Shown in pieces: positions 55,347 to 64,000 of a stretch of DNA of 64,000 bases (its first letter is position 1; each line of letters opens with the position of its first letter). Under the pieces are notes generated by a model. The model searched no databases and was not told where the DNA came from. It saw only the letters and a list, made by a program, of their open reading frames with translations. The stretch lies in the NCBI GenBank assembly GCA_038319515.1, contig JBBQDH010000002.1:3318-67317 (forward strand), given 5' to 3'. Position numbers and translations under genes: made by a program. Source of the stretch: Bryobacterales bacterium. Lineage in GTDB: Bacteria; Acidobacteriota; Terriglobia; Bryobacterales; Bryobacteraceae.

Positions 55347-56073
55347 CCCGAACCCACACGGCCGGTTCGTCGTCAGCCGGAAGGCCCAGCAGAATCTCAT
55401 GGGGGGTGAAGCGCGATTTATACGCCAGCGACTGGCAGTCCTTCACCCAGTACCCGAAATAGGCGTATTCCAGGCCCGCCGCCTTCGCGTAGAGTAACTG
55501 GTTCAGGATGGAGAAAGTCCCCGGTGACTGGCCGCGCCATGCCGGATCGTAATAGAAATAGACCAGCGAAATCGCGCCGGGCACTTCGTCCATCAGCGCC
55601 ACGCCCACCAGCCTGTCGCCATTTTCTTCATCGAAATACAGCCACTGGCGGCCTGTTCTGGCGGGGTCCAGCACGAAATCCCGGTGGTACGTTTCGGCGT
55701 CGACATGCTGCACCGCCCAGCCTCGATGACTGCCCATGAACTCGTGGTAAATGTTGAACAACTCCACGTGCCCGGCGGTCACATAAGCGCCATGCAGTTC
55801 GGCGCGAATGTGCTGGTTCTGGCGCAGAACACGCCGCTGGCTGCCGGTCGGCGAAAATTCCTGGACCGGAATCCGCATGCTGCGGCATTCAATACAGGTC
55901 CCGCAGGCAGGACGGAAAACCTGCATGCCGAAACGCCGGTAGCCGCGTTCCATCTGGCTGCCGTGTTCCTCCGTGGTCATGCTGGAAATCAGACTGATTT
56001 GCAGGGTAGCAAGAACATCGGGCAGGTAGGAACATTCCCGCGGGTCTTCGAGAATTCGGAAAAGTTCCTGCAT
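55336..56073 (-). CDS. bpt: arginyl/leucyl-tRNA--protein transferase (bacterial ATE/Bpt family)
   Basis: 245 aa. CSYLPD..., GYRRFGMQVFRPAC..C..C, LVYFYYDP and YAYFGYWVKDCQSLAYKSRF are Bpt/ATE family motifs. Confidence 0.85.
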   Translation of the reverse strand: MQELFRILEDPRECSYLPDVLATLQISLISSMTTEEHGSQMERGYRRFGMQVFRPACGTCIECRSMRIPVQEFSPTGSQRRVLRQNQHIRAELHGAYVTAGHVELFNIYHEFMGSHRGWAVQHVDAETYHRDFVLDPARTGRQWLYFDEENGDRLVGVALMDEVPGAISLVYFYYDPAWRGQSPGTFSILNQLLYAKAAGLEYAYFGYWVKDCQSLAYKSRFTPHEILLGLPADDEPAVWVRATV

Positions 56074-56118
56074 CGCCGTCCTAAGAGAATTGTAGACAAC
56101 GATGCAGTGAGCATCTGT

Positions 56119-56420
56119 TTAGAACAGTAATTTTAGCGTGATCTGCAAGCGGCGCGGGTAGTTCGCCTGGGTGGAGCCGGTCACCGTGCCGAACCGGGAC
56201 GAAGTCGGTGTAACGTCCGGGCCGGGAAGCAGCGGGTGGTGCGCTGGTCGGCGGGCAGCAGGATCTGCCCGGATTTGGTGGTCAACTGCTCGGCTTCTGT
56301 CGTAATTGTGATGGATTGATCGGTCGAGCCGATCTCCAGCTTGACGTTCACTTCCAGGCGAGCACCCACGCGGAGTTCGATTGCATCCCTTAGCAAAACC
56401 TGCAAGCCTGATAAAAAGTT
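56119..56420 (-). pseudogene. relic of a CarboxypepD_reg/TonB-dependent receptor gene (internal deletion plus frameshift)
   Basis: One frame reads ...LLRDAIELRVGARLEVNVKLEIGSTDQSITITTEAEQLTTKSGQILLPADQ; compare SVRDDIDLHTGDTLAVDMTMQVGQLSDSIEVKGTGQLLDTE in gene 25107..28556. A different frame ends FGTVTGSTQANYPRRLQITLKLLF-stop (stop at 56119-56121); compare FGKVSS...LMNLTLMVRF. The ~1000 residues in between are missing. Confidence 0.6.
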
Positions 56421-56522
56421 TACAGGTGGTTGCGGCCCCTGATTATTCAGCAAAACTGAACAACCTGTTCAGGAAAGCAGACGAAACCGGCCAACCAACC
56501 ACCATCCGCTACACTCGATTTA

Positions 56523-58754
56523 GTGCGCCGCGTTTTGTTTGTGGTGAACGTCCTGATCGCGATCGCTGTCATCGCGGCGGGCGGCATCTTCTATCGGATC
56601 TTTTACCGGGCATTGCCCCAGACCTCCGGGACAATTGAGGCCCGTGTCACCCGACCTGTTGAGGTCAGCCGGGACGCCCTTGGCGTTCCTCACATTAAAG
56701 CCCAAAATCTGGAAGACGCGCTTTTTACCCAAGGCTTCGTCACCGCGGAAGACCGCATGTGGCAGATGGATACCCTGCGGCGCCTGGCGGCGGGAGACCT
56801 CTCGGAAGCGGTTGGAGTGGCGGGCCTGGAGATTGATCGGGAGTCGCGCCGCCTGCGGATGCGAAGGATGGCGGAGAACATCTATTCCCAGCTTCCCGAC
56901 GAGGATCGGATAAACATTTCTGCCTATTCCCGTGGCGTGAATGCCTGGATTGAATCGCACCGCGGCAGGTATGGCATGGAGTTTCAGCTTCTTGGATATG
57001 ATCCGCAGCTGTGGAGTGGCGTCGACAGTATCCTCGTGGGGTTGAACATGTTCCGGAGTCTAACCAGCGATTGGCGGACCAAGCTGACGAAAGAGCAGAT
57101 GCTGGCCACCGGCGAACCGGAGAAGGTCAACTACCTGTTTCCAGGCCGGTCCGGACTGGAATTCTCGCCAGGCGGCGACGTGCACCCTGGTTCCAACGCC
57201 TGGGCCGTTTCCGGTGCGCATACCGCCAGCGGTAAACCGTTGCTTTCCAACGACGCGCATCTGGAATTCAGCATGCCGGGAATCTGGTATATGGTGCATT
57301 TGCAGGCGCCGGGAATGAATGTCGAAGGCGTCGAACTGCCGGGTTTGCCAGGTATCCTGATGGGCCACAACGACCGTATTGCCTGGGGTGTGACCAACCT
57401 CGGGTTCGACGTGCAGGAACTGTACCTCGAAAGAATGGACCTTCGGACTGGCCGGTATCTCTTCGCCGGTAAGGTGGAGCAGGCGAGGCAGGAACGCGAA
57501 GTGATTCGGATCAAGGGTCGCGCGCCGGAGGAAATGCCGGTTTGGGTCACCCGGCACGGCCCGATTCTCCAGCAGACCGCGAACCGGGTTGTGGCGCTGA
57601 AATGGACTGCGGCGGACCCCTCGGTCTTCCATAATGTGTTTCTGGATATCGACCGGGCCCGCAACTGGGAAGAGTTCCGCAAGGCGCTCGAAACCTTCGG
57701 CGGTCCCGGGCAGAACTTTGTCTACGCGGATGTGGACGGGAATATCGGCTACCAGGCGGCCGGCAAGTTGCCGCTTCGCAGGAACTTCAATGGAGATGTA
57801 CCGGTCGACGGCTCCACCGGCGAAAACGAGTGGGACGGCTATATCCCATTCGATCAACTCCCCACTGCGTTCAATCCGAAGAGTGGCTATGTGGTGACAG
57901 CGAACCAGAACCCGTTTCCAACCGACTTTCCTTACCGCGTGAACGGGACTTTTGCGTCCCACTACCGTTCCCGGCAGATTCTGGATATGCTGACGGCATC
58001 CGGAAATAAACTGAAGCCGGAAGATGGTTTGCGGATTGAGAAGGATGTTTACAGCGGGTTTAGCCGGTTTCTGGGACGGCAACTGGTCGCGGCTTATGAG
58101 AAGCGTGCCGCAACCAACCCCCTGTTTACTGATGCTGTGCGGATGCTGAAGGTTTGGGACGGGCAAATGGATAAGGACGCCGCCGAGCCTCTGGTTGTGA
58201 CGCTGGCGTATCAGTATGTCCGCAAAGCCATCGCTGACCGGGCCGCGCCCGGTGGCGGGTCTCTCTACGACACTCAGATTGGCATCGCCGTGGTGGAAAA
58301 ACTGCTGCGCGAGCGTCCTGCCGGCTGGTTTGCCGACTATAACGAGTTGCTGCTGCGCTGTTTCGCCGATGGCATGGAAGAAGGCCAGAAGTTACAGGGA
58401 AATGATCCAAAGCGCTGGAAGTGGGGCAAGTATATGTACCTTGATGCCAAACACCCGGTGGTCAGCCAGATTCCGTTGGTGGGCAAGTACTTCAACATCG
58501 GCCTGGTGCCCATGAGCGGCAGCACGACGACCGTGAAGCAGACCACACGGAAGCTGATCCCTTCGGAGCGGATCAACATTTCATTGGGTAACTGGGAAGA
58601 CTCGCTTTGGAATCTGCCGGTGGGGCAATCGGGAAATGTGGCCTCCCGGCACTACAAAGACCAGTGGGAATCGTACTATTCGGGCCGCAGCTTCCCGATG
58701 CAGTTCGGGAAGCTGGACGCGAAGAGTTCCGTTACTTTCGTGCCGGTTCAGTAA
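56523..58754 (+). CDS. penicillin acylase (S45 Ntn-hydrolase) family protein
   Basis: 743 aa, GTG start. TM/signal anchor, VSRDALGVPHIKA, QGFVTAEDRMWQMD, the nucleophile context GSNAWAVSG and NDRIAWGVTN. Confidence 0.85.
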   Translation: MRRVLFVVNVLIAIAVIAAGGIFYRIFYRALPQTSGTIEARVTRPVEVSRDALGVPHIKAQNLEDALFTQGFVTAEDRMWQMDTLRRLAAGDLSEAVGVAGLEIDRESRRLRMRRMAENIYSQLPDEDRINISAYSRGVNAWIESHRGRYGMEFQLLGYDPQLWSGVDSILVGLNMFRSLTSDWRTKLTKEQMLATGEPEKVNYLFPGRSGLEFSPGGDVHPGSNAWAVSGAHTASGKPLLSNDAHLEFSMPGIWYMVHLQAPGMNVEGVELPGLPGILMGHNDRIAWGVTNLGFDVQELYLERMDLRTGRYLFAGKVEQARQEREVIRIKGRAPEEMPVWVTRHGPILQQTANRVVALKWTAADPSVFHNVFLDIDRARNWEEFRKALETFGGPGQNFVYADVDGNIGYQAAGKLPLRRNFNGDVPVDGSTGENEWDGYIPFDQLPTAFNPKSGYVVTANQNPFPTDFPYRVNGTFASHYRSRQILDMLTASGNKLKPEDGLRIEKDVYSGFSRFLGRQLVAAYEKRAATNPLFTDAVRMLKVWDGQMDKDAAEPLVVTLAYQYVRKAIADRAAPGGGSLYDTQIGIAVVEKLLRERPAGWFADYNELLLRCFADGMEEGQKLQGNDPKRWKWGKYMYLDAKHPVVSQIPLVGKYFNIGLVPMSGSTTTVKQTTRKLIPSERINISLGNWEDSLWNLPVGQSGNVASRHYKDQWESYYSGRSFPMQFGKLDAKSSVTFVPVQ

Positions 58755-58756
58755 GC

Positions 58757-59428
58757 TCAGGGTTTGGCGGGCGGAGGCATGACGCGAAAACCATACTCGT
58801 GCAGCAGCTTCCCGCCGTTGTCGTAAAGCCTGAGAAAGTAGACGCCTGCCGTAACCGGCTTGTTGATTCTCGCCGAGAGGACCTGCGAGGCGGCTGGTTG
58901 CCCGGTCCAGACTGGTGAACCCGTGTCGCTGACCAGCTCCAGCCGAAACGGCGCGCCGGTTTCCGGGGCGTCGCCCAGTTGCAGTTCCAGTTCACGGGCC
59001 GGAGGCACGGACGGCATTTCTCCGCGCATGGCCGTCAATTGCAGAGACGCGACAGCCGGGAGCGTCATGCTCCCGTCGGTCTTGCTGACCTGCCAGACGC
59101 CGACCGAGAGGACCACCGCCGCAAAGGCGCCAGCCAGGGCCATTTGAGGCCTCCAGTTGCCCGGAGAGAAGACGGACCATGTCGATTGAAGCCGGTCCAG
59201 CCACGATGGTGCCGCGTCAGCGGCGGGGACGGGGTGCTGTTTCAGCACATCCCGCACGGTGAAAGCGAACGCCGCAACCTGCTCAAGCTTTTCACGGCAG
59301 GCCTCGCACACCATTAGATGTTCTTCCAGCGGAATGATCTCTGTTTCAGACAGCCGATCCAGAGCGTAGAGCTCCAGCTGGTCGTCGGAACCATGAGGCG
59401 ATCCGTCCAGCGCTAAATGATTCTGCAC
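58757..59428 (-). CDS. anti-sigma factor with HxxxCxxC (ZAS-type) motif, single-pass membrane protein
   Basis: 223 aa. EEHLMVCEAC (H-x3-C-x2-C), TM helix MALAGAFAAVVLSVGVWQV and a ~110-aa extracytoplasmic domain. Starts 46 nt after the ECF sigma gene. Confidence 0.75.
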   Translation of the reverse strand: MQNHLALDGSPHGSDDQLELYALDRLSETEIIPLEEHLMVCEACREKLEQVAAFAFTVRDVLKQHPVPAADAAPSWLDRLQSTWSVFSPGNWRPQMALAGAFAAVVLSVGVWQVSKTDGSMTLPAVASLQLTAMRGEMPSVPPARELELQLGDAPETGAPFRLELVSDTGSPVWTGQPAASQVLSARINKPVTAGVYFLRLYDNGGKLLHEYGFRVMPPPAKP

Positions 59429-59474
59429 AAAATGCTCCTGTATGCAGAGTAAGTGTGACGCCGAAACTTATTTC

Positions 59475-60206
59475 TCAGATTTTTTCGGATCTCGCTTTTT
59501 CGGGTTTGATGGAGCCGCCCAGGCCGGCGGCGGTCAAACGCTTTCCCAGTTCGCCAAAGCGGGCTTTGGCCCGGGATTTCAGCAACCGGAACTGGTTATA
59601 ACTGAGGCTCATCTCCTCGCAGATCTGCTCCTGCGGCTGCTCCTGCACATAAAACCGGTCGAGTATTTCGCGATCCCGGCGGGATATCCCGTTCAGAACG
59701 CGCCGGGCGATGTCGGTCCGCTGTTGTTGCAGAAGACTGTGTTCGGGGTCGTCTTTCCAGTCGGTGAGGGTAAAAAGGGTCTCTTCGTAGTCCACCTGGT
59801 TGCGGCGACGGCTTACGGCCAGATCGATAGTGGCGGCAATCTGGCGTTTCACAACGGTACGGACGAAGCCCATCAGGCGGGCCGGGTCGCGAAGTTCACC
59901 TTGCTGAATCGCCTGGGCGACGATCACGAAGCAATCGTGAACCCTGTCGTCCAACTCGTCCGCACCCAGATTCCGCAGCAGAAAGTAGCGAATGCCTTTG
60001 GCGAATATCGCGTACAGTTCTTCCATGGCGGCGGGGTCGCGATCATGGATTCGTTCGACAAGCCGGGTCCAGTCCTGGATGTGGAACTCATCCGGCGGCA
60101 CGCCTGCGGTACCTGAGGTCTGTTCCTCCGCCACTGGAACTGATGTTAGCAACGTCACGTTTACCGTTGTCGGACGAACGTCCTTCTGAGGACCAGATCC
60201 CGGCAT
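59475..60206 (-). CDS. ECF sigma factor with N- and C-terminal extensions
   Basis: ORF 59475..60443 trimmed to ATG 60206; earlier in-frame starts would overlap the CHAT gene. Region 2 AAMEELYAIFAKGIRYFLLRNLG...HDCFVIVAQAI...FVRTVVKRQI. Region 4 RDREILDRFYVQEQPQEQICEEMSLSYNQFRLLKSRAKARF. Confidence 0.85.
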   Translation of the reverse strand: MPGSGPQKDVRPTTVNVTLLTSVPVAEEQTSGTAGVPPDEFHIQDWTRLVERIHDRDPAAMEELYAIFAKGIRYFLLRNLGADELDDRVHDCFVIVAQAIQQGELRDPARLMGFVRTVVKRQIAATIDLAVSRRRNQVDYEETLFTLTDWKDDPEHSLLQQQRTDIARRVLNGISRRDREILDRFYVQEQPQEQICEEMSLSYNQFRLLKSRAKARFGELGKRLTAAGLGGSIKPEKARSEKI

Positions 60207-60256
60207 ATTCTGTTCCAAAAAGGGACTCGTTAAGGTCGCGGTCACAAAGGTCGCGG

Positions 60257-62782
60257 TCACAGCATTCTGCTCAAAAGGAAGTATCCTGCCCATTGTTGGG
60301 GGTGTTGCCGGGCGCCCGGCATGTTCAGGGCTGCCAGTTGCGCATGCCGGAGGGCTCCTGCGGTTCCCCCGTCGGGAGAAGTCTTCAGGGAGCGATAGAA
60401 ATCGGTCAGCAGGGACTGCGCGGAATCGTCGGGGATATCCCAATGAGTCGCCATCACGGACATGGCTCCGGCGCCGATCCAGGCGCGCGTCAGGCCCATC
60501 AGGCCGACACTTGGCAGCGCTTCACCCTGCGCGGAATGGCAACCGTTCATCACCACCAGCTTGCAGTTGACGGCTCTTGCCACAATTTCTTTCGGGCCCA
60601 GAAGGCCCACGGCTCCGCCCGAGTCGAGACTGAGGGCGATCAGGCCGGACTGGAATTCGTCCTTCGCCGGGATAACGTGAGTCGCGAAGTGGATGATCGC
60701 AGGATTGGATTGCAACGCGGGTCGCACGCTGTCGATCTGTGCTTCGGGGCCGGTAAGCAGCCTGCGCGCCAATGGATTCCAGGCTTGTGAACAAGTCTCC
60801 AGTTCCGCGGCGGTATTCGGCAGTCTTGCAAGCGAGAGTCCAGCGGCGCCCTTTGCTCCCCGGTAACGGCTGTCCGCAGCGTTATAGACGGGATCGCCAA
60901 TACCCAGAAATGTACCCGTGGCCGGGATGGCATCCCTGGTGGCCAGCAGCGCGCCAGGAATGGTTTCCAGATCCGCTTTTTCGATCAGGTATACGGGACC
61001 GTGCGAGTCTTCGCCGACGGTCAAAGCGGCGAAGGGGAGTTCATACAGGGGTCCGTCCAGCTCCAGGCGCCAGTGCTTCCGGTCGAGAAAGGCGGCGGGT
61101 ATGGAACCAAACAGGTCCCGATACAAGCCTGCGCCGATGGATGAGGAGGGCTTGCCATCACGGAGGGCGGCGGCAAACTTCCGCACAGCGGTCTGGATTT
61201 GTTTTGCCGGGGCAAGGGGGAAGGCGACCACATGCCTGCGGTCAACCGCCCAGACCCATGAGCTGTGGGCCGAAATATGGAAGCTAAAAAGTGCCGTATC
61301 ATCCGGCAGCACCCGCCGGATATGACTCAGAGGCGGCTCCCGCGATTCCGTCGCCGGTCCGGCTGCATTCGCTTCATACCGGGCCAGTTCCACGCGAAGT
61401 GCTGTGGTCTGCGCATCCGCTTCTGAGGAACACGACCGCTTTTCGGTCGCCGGCGGCGACAGAGGACAGGGTTCCTCCACTCTTGCTGTAGCCACCGACC
61501 GACGGGCTTCTGAAGCGCCCCGAGCTACGGCGCTTCGCTCCAGCGTCTGGTATCGCGCCAGGCGTTCCCAGTATTCTGTCGGAAGCCTGGAGCGCCAGTC
61601 GTGGGTGCCCGGCAAAAGCGCGCGCAGGCTCCAGAGACGGTCCTGTTCGGCGGCATCGAATGTTTCCTGAAGGATCGAATTGTCGCCTGTTTTTTGCGCC
61701 AGCCGGTTACCCGCATCGACAAGCCCCTCGAAAACCATGCTCAGGCCGCTTTCGAATGCAACCCGGTCGCGGTCGGCAGGGACCATGTCGACCCGCATTT
61801 GCGACGCGATACGGCGCGAGTCCCGAAAATCGGCAAGGGCTCCTGTCAGGTCACCGCAGTCGAGTCGAAACTGCCCGCGATCAGCCAGAATCATCCAACG
61901 CGGAGTGCGACCCTGTTGTGCGGACAGCGCGGCGTCAAAGTATTCAGCGGCGGCGACCGGGTCGTTCTGTTTTGCCTTGAGTTTGGCAAGGCCCGAGAAA
62001 ATATTTGCGGAGGCGTTTAGTTTGTGCGCACGGACCAGCCGGAGCCCTTCATTGAGAGCCTGCTCCGCCTGGGGGAGGCGATTCGCTCTCAGGTAGGCCG
62101 TACCGAGCAGGCCGTAAATCATGGCTGTCTCCGTATAATTTTTTTCGCTTGTCAACTCAGCCAGAGCCATCCGGAAGTACGGCTCGGCCTCATCCATCCG
62201 CCCCAGCTTCGCCAGTGAAACTGCCAGTTGAAACCGCAACTTCGAGTGTGCCTCCGGCTCGAAATCCACTGCATTGCGGGCCAGTCCTTCTTTCGCGACG
62301 CGCATGGCCTGCTCATATTGCCCGATTTGCACGTAGAGGCTGGCAACATTATTGAGAGTCGCAGCCAGGGCTTTTCCGTCGTGGGCGCTCTCAGCGAGTT
62401 TTCGCGCCCGGGCGAACTCGTCAAACGCGGTCCGGAACTGCGCGGTGAGGATTGAGCAGGCACCAGCGCTGTTCCAGTCTCTTGCAGCTTCTCCTGGTAC
62501 TCCGGTTTGTTCAGCACGCCCGGCCGCGCGCAGGAAGACAGTCCGGGCATCTCCGTACCGGCCTGCCAAAAAACTGACCATAGCCTCATTCTTCAAGGCG
62601 ATGAGTTCTTTGGGGATAGCGGGCGCGGAGTTAGCAGAAGTTGCTGCGATTCGCGGTGAACCAGTCAGCAGAAGCGCCATCAGAGTCGAACCAATGATTG
62701 CGCTAACGGTCAGCGGATTTGCTGGCACCAGTACCTCAGGTAAGACCGGTGGTAGCCACAGGATTTCCTTATGGACTACCAC
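60257..62782 (-). CDS. TPR-repeat + CHAT (caspase-like peptidase) domain protein, probable N-terminal signal/anchor
   Basis: 841 aa, GTG start. Hydrophobic N-terminus (LTVSAIIGSTLMALLLTG). Several TPR-like units (GRYGDARTVFLRA..., IGQYEQAMRVAKEG..., LGRMDEAEPYFRMA...). C-terminal CHAT with His context IIHFATHV and Cys context VVMNGCHSAQG. Confidence 0.85.
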   Translation of the reverse strand: MVVHKEILWLPPVLPEVLVPANPLTVSAIIGSTLMALLLTGSPRIAATSANSAPAIPKELIALKNEAMVSFLAGRYGDARTVFLRAAGRAEQTGVPGEAARDWNSAGACSILTAQFRTAFDEFARARKLAESAHDGKALAATLNNVASLYVQIGQYEQAMRVAKEGLARNAVDFEPEAHSKLRFQLAVSLAKLGRMDEAEPYFRMALAELTSEKNYTETAMIYGLLGTAYLRANRLPQAEQALNEGLRLVRAHKLNASANIFSGLAKLKAKQNDPVAAAEYFDAALSAQQGRTPRWMILADRGQFRLDCGDLTGALADFRDSRRIASQMRVDMVPADRDRVAFESGLSMVFEGLVDAGNRLAQKTGDNSILQETFDAAEQDRLWSLRALLPGTHDWRSRLPTEYWERLARYQTLERSAVARGASEARRSVATARVEEPCPLSPPATEKRSCSSEADAQTTALRVELARYEANAAGPATESREPPLSHIRRVLPDDTALFSFHISAHSSWVWAVDRRHVVAFPLAPAKQIQTAVRKFAAALRDGKPSSSIGAGLYRDLFGSIPAAFLDRKHWRLELDGPLYELPFAALTVGEDSHGPVYLIEKADLETIPGALLATRDAIPATGTFLGIGDPVYNAADSRYRGAKGAAGLSLARLPNTAAELETCSQAWNPLARRLLTGPEAQIDSVRPALQSNPAIIHFATHVIPAKDEFQSGLIALSLDSGGAVGLLGPKEIVARAVNCKLVVMNGCHSAQGEALPSVGLMGLTRAWIGAGAMSVMATHWDIPDDSAQSLLTDFYRSLKTSPDGGTAGALRHAQLAALNMPGARQHPQQWAGYFLLSRML

Positions 62783-63085
62783 CAGAGTCTACCAGAAATT
62801 GAGCCGCGACTGGCGGCAACCGGGAAGTGCCGGTTCTGAAAGCCATGTGCTGCGCCATCCCATGCGCAGAGGGAATTACAGGGCGACTACCAGCCCAGAA
62901 GGAACATGAAGAACTGCCCAACGATAACGATCGGATCTCCGCCCATTGTGTTTTCCTTTCAATGCATTTCGTCTGCCGCACTGCGGCTCGCGACCAAGGT
63001 TTCCCACGATGCCGTTTCCGGGTGGTGCAAGCGACGTCCGTAAAGTGCTGAATCTAATAGGGAAAAATATGCGAAAATAACGTGA

Positions 63086-63622
63086 ATGAAATTTGCTCTA
63101 CTCGCAGCCGGCTTTTTTACACTCACTTTGAGCGCCCAGGAACCCCGAATTCCGCGCAAAGCGTCCGATATTGGAATCCAAATCGGAACAGAGAAGTACC
63201 TGTGGCTGAGCGAGCAGAGCGGGAAGACCGTAGTGGTGGCCTTCATTCTGACCACTTGCCCCCACTGCCAGTTCACTGTCGGACTACTCAGCAAAATCCA
63301 GAAAGACTATGCAGACAAAGGAGTTCTGGTGATGGCCACCGCCATTGAGCCCATGTCTTCACTCCACATTCCGGACTTTGTGAAGACCTTCAAACCGCAA
63401 TTCCCAATTGGGTACAACGAGCAAAGCTACGTGCAGAAGTTCCTCGGCCGCGCCGATAATGACCCCATGTTCATGCCGCAACTGGTTTTTGTGGACCGAA
63501 ATGGGATTATCCAGACGCAGTATGCGGGCGATGATCCGGCCCTGGCGAAAGACATTCAGGAAAAGAGCCTGCGCGATGCGGTGGAAAAAGCTTTGAAAGC
63601 GGGCGCCGCGAAAAAACCGTGA
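63086..63622 (+). CDS. secreted TlpA-like thioredoxin-fold thiol-disulfide oxidoreductase
   Basis: 178 aa. Signal peptide MKFALLAAGFFTLTLSAQ and a CxxC motif FILTTCPHCQF. Divergent from the CHAT operon. Confidence 0.8.
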   Translation: MKFALLAAGFFTLTLSAQEPRIPRKASDIGIQIGTEKYLWLSEQSGKTVVVAFILTTCPHCQFTVGLLSKIQKDYADKGVLVMATAIEPMSSLHIPDFVKTFKPQFPIGYNEQSYVQKFLGRADNDPMFMPQLVFVDRNGIIQTQYAGDDPALAKDIQEKSLRDAVEKALKAGAAKKP

Positions 63623-63660
63623 ACCTCCGGATGTGAGACAGTTATTCTGGAGTCCTTTAA

Positions 63661-64000
63661 ATGCCTGAAGCAGTCATCGTCGATTGCCTTCGTACCGCCG
63701 TCGGGAAAGCCGGACGCGGCACATTACGAAATACCCGCCCGGACGACCTGGCCGCGTTCGTCATCCGCGCGCTGCTGGAAAAGTACCCGCAAGTTCCCCC
63801 CGAAGACATTGAAGACGTGATTCTGGGTTGCGCCATGCCGGAAGGCGAATCAGGCAGTAACATGGCCCGCATCGCTGCGCTTCGCGCCGGTTTGCCGGTC
63901 ACCACCACCGGGGTGACCATCAATCGCTTTTGCAGTTCGGGCCTGCAATCGATCGCCATGGCCGCGGATCAGATCCGCAGCGGCAGCGCGCAGATTCTGC
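63661..64000 (+). CDS. acetyl-CoA C-acyltransferase (thiolase), N-terminal part; continues beyond the window
   Basis: Own translation from ATG 63661: MPEAVIVDCLRTAVGKAGRGTLRNTRPDDLAAFVIRALLEKYPQV...GVTINRFCSSGLQSIAMAADQIRSG. This contains the thiolase active-site Cys context. Confidence 0.9.
   Translation, partial: MPEAVIVDCLRTAVGKAGRGTLRNTRPDDLAAFVIRALLEKYPQVPPEDIEDVILGCAMPEGESGSNMARIAALRAGLPVTTTGVTINRFCSSGLQSIAMAADQIRSGSAQIL

Noticed and set aside
62827-63051. 74-aa Cys-containing ORF in the spacer between the CHAT operon and the TlpA-like gene
   Set aside because: No Shine-Dalgarno, no signal peptide and irregular Cys spacing. It sits where two divergent promoters are expected, and an overlapping antisense ORF is of similar quality. 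Insufficient support.

Overview
High-GC bacterial chromosomal window. Hand-counted coding lines run about 65-70% GC, and two small patches drop to 35-42%. Gene content points to Acidobacteriota (Solibacter/Bryobacter-like); this is an inference. It rests on a TIGR03435-type protein, CarboxypepD_reg-type TonB-dependent receptors ending in a C-terminal Phe, a PEP-CTERM protein, many Tat-signal xylose-isomerase-like TIM barrels and amidohydrolases, and three ECF sigma modules. I support about 55 protein-coding genes, 3 pseudogene relics, one clear intrinsic terminator and a few repeats. I saw no rRNA, tRNA, CRISPR array, transposase or integrase. Housekeeping anchors are thrS, rpoD, queC-queE and bpt. 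Most worth a second look: (1) An AT-rich module at 29.5-31.0 kb. It holds an ECF sigma gene frameshifted at a G7 tract, then a membrane-anchored TlpA-like thioredoxin, then a 76-aa secreted 7-Cys peptide that starts 7 nt after the thioredoxin stop behind a perfect AAGGAGGTGA Shine-Dalgarno. (2) A second AT-rich islet at 6.0-7.4 kb. It carries a 12-Cys secreted mini-protein and an unknown secreted protein, bracketed by an imperfect ~75-nt direct repeat that duplicates the 3' end of the neighbouring beta-propeller gene. (3) A TPR-CHAT (caspase-like) protein, ECF sigma and zinc-motif anti-sigma operon at 58.8-62.8 kb. (4) A methyltransferase-methyltransferase-Wzt operon with no Wzm permease. All functional calls come from reading the translations; no database search was possible.
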